Positions 49,464 through 59,243 of a stretch of DNA of 59,243 nt are shown piece after piece. The notes beneath the pieces were generated by a model. That model was given only the letters and a program-made list of their open reading frames with translations. It made no database searches and was not told the origin of the DNA. Location: NCBI GenBank assembly GCA_051047955.1, contig JBPGPT010000040.1, positions 62,001 to 121,243 of the forward strand, given 5' to 3'. Position 1 is the first letter of the stretch; each line of letters opens with the position of its first letter. A program made the position numbers and the translations under genes. The stretch comes from Cystobasidiomycetes sp. EMM_F5. Taxonomy: Eukaryota.

Positions 49464-49779
49464 ATTGCTCGGCGGATGCCGACCCAGCCTGCCAGGTTGA
49501 GACCAGGCGAACGACGGTAGTCGCGAGACTGCTCGGCTAAGGTTTGGCAGTGGTGGACGCAGGTTGTGCGACGATACAGAATGATGGACAGTGAACGAGT
49601 GGGCGAGTTGCAAATATACGTCTAGCCAAGTTGGCCTTGCGTCGAAAACACCAAACACACTTTCAGGAACAAGCGCGTTTCCGGCCTCGAAATTATGTAA
49701 CGCGTAAATGTCATAGAAGTCTTGACACGACTGCAGGACTGCACTGGCATTGATAAGTTTCGCGGCACACATGACGACA

Positions 49780-51620
49780 TCACAGCGACCCAAACTCGAC
49801 AACTTTACATTCTAGCGACCTGCAATTGAGCAGCACAATTTGACCCGTCTCATAAAATTTTGGCACTAGCACGACTCTCGACCGGACATTCTCGTCGGCT
49901 TCGCTAGCCACGAGTCGACTCTCGTATTGTGGCTGGTTACCGATGAAGTACACGTCGGGCGTTTGCGTAAGGATAAAAGGATCCCGATTGTGGAAGGGAT
50001 AACAGACTGGGAATACAGAGCATGAGTACACGAACGGTTCTGTCGTGATATATTTTTGTACTCACATAGTGTATCAGGCGCGGTCGGTGCCATGTGAGAC
50101 CACTCCAGCGTCGAGCAGCTCATCGAAATCCGGTCGTGACTGTCGAGATACTTGAAAATATCGTCAATATTTTGCCCACTTGTCCCTAAGAAGCTGGTCC
50201 CTGCAACTTCGAGCCAGCATGGGTTCGTCCGGCGATAGAAACCGGAGTACTTTGCTGCATTAGGGAGCAGGGCGTGATGAAGAGGCTGTTGGGGTACCGT
50301 GCTTCCATTCGGGTCTTTTTCGCCGCTCATCAATTCCACATCAACGCTCGGCAACAGCTCGCACAAGAAGTTGTCGAGATGCGCAGTTGGAGCAGCAGAG
50401 TAGACTGTAGAGTCGTAGCCGTACGTCTTCTTGGGTTTCTTGTCTGAAGTGGACGTAGATTCATTCACTTGCGTCCTGTTTGGTTGGCACATACTGTTAC
50501 CCGCCAGTATGACACGCGTGACCTGTCGGGCTTGTTGTATCTCCTGTGCAAGTTTGTAACTTCTTGAGCGTGCCATTTGCGAACTTGTGCTGGAATACGT
50601 ACCTCTTCGCTCCCGCTTTCACCTAAAAGCCATTCTGCCAGCAAACCGACTCGAAAATCGGCAGCTGCGTCATTAATGCCGAGTTCGAGACCGGAAATCA
50701 AAGCAACGTATGCATCTTCTTCTGTTGCATCTCGTTTCGGGGCTGCAGATGATGAAGGCTGAGGCGCCATTCCTGCAAAACAAATGTCTACCACTTCAAA
50801 GTCTCCAGATTGCGTCTCAGCGCCTAGTATTGCCGCAATGACGCCTAGATCCCGCAGATGTTAAAGTCCGACAGCACTGGTCGTTTCGCTCGAAAGCTTA
50901 CCCGTTACCAAGGGGAACTTGCGCTCTTCGATTATCTTGCCAATTAAGCGTACTCGTCCAGACTCGTCCTCCAGCATGACCTCGTCGTCATCAGATAAGA
51001 ACTTTGGCCGTGGTGGAGGAGGTTGTACGTGTTGCTGACAGAATAATCGTAGAACAAGGGTTAGCGTGGATTGTTGTCCGAATTCGAACGGTCTTCACAC
51101 CTCCCGGGCGAGTTCCTCCAGTATATTCGGCTTCAACCGCATTTCCATATAGATTGTTCCGATTACATAGCAGAGATGCCCCTGAGTGATGTCGAGGACA
51201 CGCTGTGACTTTCCGACTTGGGGATTCCTGCGGACTGAGGTACCATTGTTGTCGGCGCATGCACGAAGAGAGGGTCGTACACCGTCAATCGCGCCTTCAG
51301 AATACAGCCACTATATCAAGATAGACGTTCGCTCTTACCGACATCTTTCCACCGCCTGTCTGCGTTGTCCTTTACGCGTTTCTTCAGGGCCATCAATCGC
51401 GAAAAGTACACCGAGGCGTATTGATTTTTGAACGCATTGCTGCCTGCTTTGCCCTTGTCGACGCAGAAGGTGTTGGAGAGGGAGTCCAGTGCATCGTACT
51501 TTGCTGTCAGGCGGGTCCGTTGCCCGGCCGTTGATGTTGACGCTTCCGGCTCGCTACAACCAGTCTCGGTCAATCGATGTCGGGACTTCGCAGCTTGGGT
51601 CTGACGTACTCGACTTCCAT
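49780..51620 (-). CDS. POL31: DNA polymerase delta small (B) subunit
   Basis: QYASVYFSRL; LEDESGRV; LISGL; VILAGNS; PQQPLH; TNPCW; LGTSGQNIDDI; HMAPTAPDTL; DPFILTQTPDVYFIGNQP. Confidence 0.95.
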
Positions 51621-51811
51621 TGTGAGGACTTGTCAGAAGCAGCACGATACCAATATGCTATGAGGCAGGGAAATACGCAACAGGAAGCATCGTTCTGAAT
51701 GGACAAGTGACAACCGACAGTCGAGTGAAGTACTAATAAACTGGCAATACTGCTCTGGTTACGCAATATTCGGGGTAGGAGCAGAAGCGTGCAAGACTTT
51801 GCTCGTCCATT

Positions 51812-52842
51812 ATGTCTCGTAACTCTCTGGCCATCATTGCTGGACTGCTCTCCCTCACCGCTGTGTTCTGGAAGCGCAGCAAAGCAAAACGCGCTTTATC
51901 CGAAGAACACGTTTTGATTGTTGGAGCTTCGTCCGGTGTTGGTTTGGAGCTCGCTTTGCTCTACGCCCGACAACCCGGCGTTCACCTACATTTGGTAGCT
52001 CGACGCTCTCTTCAAGACGTTGCCGAACAATGCAGAGGGCTCGGCGTGAATGGCATCGACACGACTCAGGGAGATGTAACAAGCCCTGAAGCAGTCGTAG
52101 ACCTTGTCAACTGTGTCCGGAGGCGCTGGGACAGAATAGATACGCTGATCATTTGGTAGGCTATACTGACTATCGCAAGGAGGGCTGGAGTTGCTTATTC
52201 ATTCGTCCTCACAGCGTCGGGGCTTTGACTATTCAGCCGGTCCTGACATTAACTGCTCAAGTTACACGAAGCACTCCGACTTTAGTAGAATCCGAGGCAA
52301 CTTCCGAAAGCTTGACTCGCTTGGACAATATCGCGATAACATCCTATAAACTGAACGTCCTTTCCCCTCTCATGGTCACCGCAGCCTGTGTCAACCTGCT
52401 TCTTGCTTCCACATCTCCACGGGTTGCTGTGCTATCATCCGTCGCGGCAGACGTTCCAGCGCCAACACGAGCTTTATACGGTGCCAACAAAGCTGCCGTG
52501 TCTATGCTGATGCGCAGCTTAAGGATTGAGCTCGATAATCTGACTTCGACAAATGCGAGAGGCGTCAAGAAGGCAATCGGCATCACAATAGTAAATCCGG
52601 CCAGTATTGCTACCGGTTTGCGCTCATCAGCTCTCGATGCTGCGGTCAGTGCGTCAGCACACTCCGTGGATCGGAAAGCCATGTCGGCAGCATATGTTGC
52701 TCGGCGCATCATTGCTGCCATCCAGAATCATGAAGACGAGATATGGTTACCGGGCTCATACTGGTGGATCAGCAAGATTGGCTTACTAGTTGTCCCCGCC
52801 GCGATCAAAAAGGGCGCAAAGCGCAAATATGATTACAAGTAG
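51812..52842 (+). CDS. Short-chain dehydrogenase/reductase with N-terminal anchor
   Basis: VLIVGASSGVG Rossmann motif; GDVT; SSVAA; YGANK catalytic YxxxK. Confidence 0.9.
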
Positions 52843-53021
52843 CGTAAAGCACGAAAAATTGCAGCGCGGATACACGAATCGACCTTCGTCGAAACCGCGA
52901 CAACAAGGAGTGTACACGACCAAATCCATCGAACTTGCATTGGAGATGGAAAGGTTACCTCGTCCACGCGCCACTGGTACAACAACAGAGGGGACTACTC
53001 GCGGTCGATCATTCACCGTCG

Positions 53022-53986
53022 CTACATGAAGTCATCATCGGAATCGTAATCCTCTTCGTTCCTGGTGGACTTGGCAGCTTCGTCGGCAAATTTGGCGGCA
53101 AGCTTTTCTTTCCGCTCCTGTTCTTGTGCAGCTCGTAGAGATACATAGTTTTTGGCGTCAGCCAACTCTTTGCGCTGCCTAGCAAGCTCGAGCTCCTGCT
53201 TCTTCCGCTCGTTTGCTTCGAGTTTGCGTAAGCGGCCAGCTTCACGCTCTCGCGCAGCCTTGTCGCCCTCGTGGTCAACCTCCCGCACAACTTCGTTACA
53301 GAGTCAGTATAGGGCGCAAGACACTGGATAAGATGGCCTTACCTTTTGTCTTGTTCAGTCTGTTCACTATGCTGTTGTCACGCGTGGCAATGTACACGCG
53401 TCGAACCATCTTGTCCTTGTGAAACGACACCTGGCCAACAGCCATGTCTCCCGTCTTCTTGAGGTTCGAGGATGGAGTGTAGATGACCGTTATATTGTCT
53501 TTCTTGTTGCCTTCAATGCTGTTCGCCTTGACGAGCTGGGCGCATTCAACCAGGACAGATTCCGGTATAGCTTCCCAGGACATACCGTTCGGCAGTCGCA
53601 AATAGACGTGGGCGGACGATAATTTGTCCACATGGAACCAGATATCTTCAGTGTATGCGTATCGGATCAGGTCCTCATCTGCTTGGCATCGTCAGTGTGC
53701 GGACACAAACTTCGCTGACACCCGCTGTGGCACGTACTTTCTTCCTGTACCATGGCAGTAATCACCATCAGCCTTCGTCCGCATAGTTTCAAGAATGAGT
53801 CGTGACCTTGTCCCTTCCCATGTATCTTTACATGGCGTGGTCGCGTCAGTACAGGTCATATCAACGCCATTGTTAATTTCGTACATTGTGACTGGAGGGT
53901 CAATGGCTAGAAAGCAGGTTGGCCTAAGCAAACGACCATCCATACTTCTGTCCCAACGTACCATTACATTGGAAGAACAGCACCAT
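53022..53986 (-). CDS. CCDC25: CCDC25/Jlp2 (NFACT-R, DUF814) protein
   Basis: Spliced [53 protein letters not shown]...[13 protein letters not shown]; acidic DDDFM* end. Confidence 0.93.
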
Positions 53987-54076
53987 ATCGTCATCAGTTT
54001 TGTAAAGTTGGAAAGAGACAAAGATCATGTGGCGTGTTTGTCTGCAGCCGACTTGACAGTGAGATACCTGGCAGCC

Positions 54077-55283
54077 ATGGTGAACGCTATGGAAGCACTC
54101 TTCACGGTCAACGATGTGTTTGGAATCCAAACTACTTGGGGCATGCTCTTGCTTGGTAGGTATCATAGTATAGAAACGCATCTGCGTCATACTGAGAAAT
54201 TATGTACTTCTTCAGGCATCATTGTTGGGCCACTGTTTCTGTTCGTCGGAGTGCTACGAGATCCATCTGTTCTCCTGGACGTAGGCAAATGTCGAAGAGC
54301 TGCTTTCGCAGTGTAAGCAATGTGACTATATTGATTTGACCTGTTCAAGCTCTGACAAGTCTGCAACAGGTTATGGAAACACATTGCTGGACCAATTGAT
54401 GTACGGTACGCTAAGTGGAAGGCGCCTCTGCTAAGTCAAGTAAGCGCGATTCTGCAAGCCGGATCAGCTTTCAAGCGCCAACAGCTTCCCTGACGTCTTC
54501 GCAGGCATCTGGGGTTGTTCTAGATCTCGGTAGCGGCCTCGGCGGAAATCTCAAGTAGGCTTCAAGGCTGTCTGTATGGCGAGGTGCTATTACTGACCCT
54601 TTGACCTACAGGTACTTCAACGCAAACAACATTTCGAAGCTCTACCTTGTCGAACCCAATACCAATTTACACGCAGCGCTAAGCGACAACGCTATCAAGG
54701 CAGGTTTCAAGGAAGGACAGTACCAAATCATTAGCTGCGGTGCCGAAGAAGCAGCAATTGTCGAGAAACTATCTGGTCTTGGCAGAGAAAGTGTCGACAG
54801 CGTAGTCAGCGTCCTGGCATTATGTGGTATTCCAAAGTCCAGGTAGGACGAATGCAGCGGTAGCGTCAGCGAGTCTCTGACTGTTACACAACAGGACGGT
54901 CATATCTGCACTATACACGTATCTCAAGCCCGGAGGCACCTTCTACTTCTTTGAGCACATCGCGTCAAAAGATGCCAAGACGCGCACGCTACAAGGTGGG
55001 CATTGCTTATTGAGTCTTTCCAGACTTGCCTGACAGGTTACAACGTATGGCAGACTATATCACACCTATATGGTCCTTCATCTTTGGCGGATGCTGCCTC
55101 AACCGGCAGACCGACGAATGGATATTGGGAGGTTTCGAGTGGGCGCAGGTCAAGCGTGAGAAAACATAGTCTGATAATCCGTGTCCATCTAATCTCAGTT
55201 ATATTTCAGGCCACACTGTGGAAATCGAAACGCAGAAGAACTTGGATGTGAAGAGTTATGGATGGGCAAAAAAGCAAGGCTGA
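54077..55283 (+). CDS. SAM-dependent methyltransferase (METTL7/TMT1-like) with N-terminal hydrophobic segment
   Basis: GVVLDLGSGLGGNLK motif I; LVEPN; VDSVVSVLALC; YLKPGGTFYFFEH; GGCCLNR; spliced end ...SYGWAKKQG*. Confidence 0.88.
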
Positions 55284-55425
55284 ATTTTACTGTTGAATAT
55301 TGTGCATTTGTGAAGTAGTAGTAGTTGGGTTGTGCGGTGGAATCACCTCTACATTTCGTCATGTTCTTGGCTAAATAGCACTGAAGATTTGTTGCACCGT
55401 TTCGATTCGCTATGCGACTTGGCAC

Positions 55426-57544
55426 ATGCAGGGCAACAATGCCGGACCATTGATAAAGAGATCTCTGATATTCTGTGCGGTACTCTTCGTGTGTTACGCT
55501 CTGCTCTTGCGCCATTCGGCCCGTTTGGACGTCATGGGCGTCAAGGATCTTTTGGCTAAACTGGGCGACAAACAGAAGGGTGTACCGCCGCCAATACCGC
55601 ATGCTACTCGACCGGCGACTGGAAACGATGGCAATACTGTTCCACGTCCAGGCGAATCATCTGGAAAGTCCTTCGTTGTTGCGCGAAATGGCAACTTGCA
55701 GCTAGAGGACGGAACCCCTTTCCGCTTCGCATCTCTGAATGCCCCAGAATTGTTGGGCGGTCATGAATTCGAGGTCGAAGATACCATGCGGACCCTTCAA
55801 GGTTTTGGAAGGAGAGTGACGCGCTCGTATACCCTCAGTATCGCTGGAACGTCACCGCATGTCGGAGATGCGGTGCATGTCCGAGGATGGGATGTAAGCA
55901 GGCGAAATTGGGTGTACAACGAAGAGCAATTCAAAAAGGTTTGTTGTCCAATGTTGCCTTGCAAGCCGAGACGCGCCAGACCAACTAACAAGACGAAAGT
56001 AAACAGATGGATAATGCTTTGGCTATGGCAGAGAAATGTGAATTGAAATACGCAAGTTTCACGCCTAGAAAGCTGAGATGCATAAATGTGCAGACGATGT
56101 CCGAGTGATTATCCCAATCGTCAATCAGGATGTAAGAATAGCAGGGCAGCTTTACTTTCTGTGACACGAGGCTGACATTCATCGCCCTAGTTTGGAAGCC
56201 ATCACAATAATTGGGTACTCCCGCCAATATCATACTCAATGACTCTCACGCTGACCCTCATGCAGGCAGGAAATTGGGTTGATATTGTCAGACACGTAAA
56301 GAATGTACAATGGAATTACGATCAGGCGAAGCACGGCGCGGACTTCTTCACAGGTAGGTTGGACGTATTACCGCGTACATCAGAGTATCTAATTCCTTTG
56401 CTAGATCGTGAATGCATTGATGCGTACGTCGTGCGTACAGATCATCGAGCGCTTGGTAGGCTGACTGAGCAGCTCCTCTGGGCTTCAGTTTTAAGCAGCT
56501 CGTGTCCTATCTGCTGAATCGGGTAAACTCTATCACTGGAAAGCGCTATGGCGATGATCCAAATGTGTTGGCTTGGGAGACCGGCAATGAATTGCAATAC
56601 AGCATCAAAGGCCAGTATCCGCCGCCCGGTGCCTGGACTATTGAGGTAGCGCAGCATATCAAGCAGCTTGCGCCACAGACACTTGTGATGGACGGCTCTT
56701 TCGCCAAGTGTGACAGCATCGAGAAGGCCTACGCGACCGAGGTCTTGCGGTCGCCGTACATCGATCTCCTTAGCTACCATTATTACGGCAGTAAGTCATA
56801 ACACATCTATGGTGCATTGTAATATTGCCCTAAATATATGCACAGACGGCGACTCGAGGCGAGTCAAGAAAGACGTATCTCTGGCTCGGAAACATGGCAA
56901 GGTGTTTATCGCAGGCGAATATGGCTTCCTAGATCATGCGAACGATTACGCCATTTTTCTCTCAGCAGCAGAGAAAGAAGGGTGCGGTGGAAGCCTCGTA
57001 TGGAGCCTGCGACCACATTCAGCACAAGGAGGTTTCAAGGCAAGCTCCGTGCATCCGCCGCATGGCGGTTCTAATTCTCTGACGAAATTACTTGCAGACA
57101 CACCGCGAAGACGAGTCGAATTGCGCCTACCATGCTCCCGGATGGCCATCTGCCGTCAGTCCGCATAATTTTACCATGCCGAAAGATTGGGATCAGAAGG
57201 AGAACTCCGTGATTACATACATACGGCATGCTTCTTTTAGCATCAATGGCGAAGGCATACCCGCGCAACATCCTACCCCTAATGCTCCGTCTATCTGGCT
57301 GAACAACGGTGGCCTAAGTTGGCGAGGCGGTGCCTGGGCTAATACCTACGAGGTGTGGATAGCGGCCCACGAGCAGACGCCGCCCGAACAGTGGAAATGC
57401 ATTGGACAGCATATACTCGATACCGTCAACGAGGGAAGAACCTGGTTCGGTCTGCCTCAGGGGCTACACGGCCAGGTCGTCAAGATGCGGGGCATCGCAG
57501 TGGACGGAGCACCTGGTCACTTCAGTGAAGCTATCCAAATCTAG
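55426..57544 (+). CDS. Glycoside hydrolase family 5 (mannanase-like) with N-terminal membrane anchor
   Basis: FRFASLNAPELL; VTRSYTL; NRVNSITGKRYGDDPNVLAWETGNE (acid/base Glu); SYHYY; FIAGEYG (nucleophile Glu); WSLRPH. Confidence 0.88.
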
Positions 57545-58337
57545 CGCAACCTGATGTGTACGACAGCGTCAGCGAAAGCGGTCCATGCCGCTATGTGATC
57601 CAGAATGACAGCCGGCTCATTGCCGGCATGCACGGCATTTGTCCAAAGCAGGACGTGACAAAGCCAGACAGGCGCGCCAATGATCATGCTTTCTCTCCGC
57701 TCGTTTATTTGATTGGCAACAATCTGCACAAGACGCACCTTGCTTGACATGGAACTCGCTTACCAGGATATCGCTGGAAGACCGTTCGTTGTCGGTGGGC
57801 TGGCTCTTTGCATGCCCAACTTCCGTATAATCTGTCTGGCCGCTGACAGCGAAAATAGAATGTCATGGACAGGAGAACTTCTTTGTGCTCAAGGTGAGAA
57901 TAGGCGATAAAGAGGGAACAGTAAGCAGAAGCTGGTCAACCTGCACCGTAATAGACAATTCTGACGACCGAGTCCTTCATTAGCTGCCGACTACGGAGGA
58001 GTGGGTCATAGGCTCGTAACGCTATTTGAATGTTGCTAATGCTACACTAGGATTGTCAGTCGTGAGAAGACTGGATGGTTCAAGCAGCGGCGGGCTCCGG
58101 TATTACGCTTGCGACCCAACCTTAGACCTCGAAGCGCAGACAGTCATCTGTTATTCTGAGCTTGTGTCGTATCAGAAATCCACGCCACGACGCCATTCTT
58201 CATAACGTTCGTCTAGACTTAGATCACCGCTGATGAGTTGCGGTTTGGACCAACTTGAGACTAGACTTACGATGGGCAGGAGTTGACGAGGACATAACAA
58301 AGCCGCAGAAGATGAGAAGGCATGTGCAGCATGTTCC

Positions 58338-58355
58338 ATCTGGAAGGTTCTAGCC
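58338..58355 (+). promoter_or_regulatory. Degenerate heat-shock element upstream of polyubiquitin
   Basis: ATC-tg-GAA-gg-TTC-ta-GCC: two perfect and two partial nGAAn units in alternating orientation about 200 bp before the ATG. Confidence 0.3.
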
Positions 58356-58549
58356 TTTGGCAACTGCGTAACCGTCAACTGAGCTTCACCGGATCTGTTC
58401 CGCACGTGTCCCGTATCCGTTGAACTGACGTTTGCACGCGGTCCGAGGCGGTACAACCGAGCCAGCTCGCAAAAGGTGAAGACGGCTTGGTTCTGCTCAA
58501 TCACCTTCTCAGTTCCGTGCAACACCATACCTACAACAAAACAACCACC

Positions 58550-59243
<694 letters not shown>

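Noticed and set aside
57545..58330. Possible small spliced gene or lncRNA on the - strand (GTAAGT/GTAAGC donor-like sites, short ORFs)
   Set aside because: I could not assemble a consistent open exon chain or recognise any protein motif.

Overview
Gene-dense fungal genomic DNA. Short GT-AG introns (mostly about 45-80 nt) with CTRAC/CTGAT-type branch points and the gene families present suggest a basidiomycete yeast, possibly Pucciniomycotina; the taxonomy is inference only. I can reconstruct about 28 protein-coding genes. In order they are: isochorismatase-family hydrolase (partial), DHA1 MFS transporter, NCS1 permease, orphan membrane protein, HNH endonuclease, OSCA/CSC1 channel, type-B carboxylesterase, secreted Cys-rich protein, PKA-like kinase, CHY zinc finger, orphan protein with two dsRBD-like repeats plus an RS region, AMSH deubiquitinase, EDC4/Pdc1-like scaffold, TPT-like transporter, bacterial-looking alpha/beta hydrolase, myotubularin, U1A/U2B''-family RRM protein, TMEM16/Ist2, PEBP/Tfs1, GCP3, Nsl1/Mis14-like, GIG1-like, POLD2, SDR, CCDC25, METTL7-like methyltransferase, GH5 and polyubiquitin (partial). 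I found no supportable tRNA, rRNA, CRISPR array or transposon. The most unusual observations are a Val17Cys substitution in both visible ubiquitin repeats, the orphan dsRBD-like/RS protein, a probable actinobacterial gene transfer with an intron at its 5' edge, a candidate unproductive-splicing switch in the U1A/U2B'' gene, and several 5-17 nt micro-exons. All family calls come from motif recognition by eye. No database searches were run, and exon boundaries are manual.
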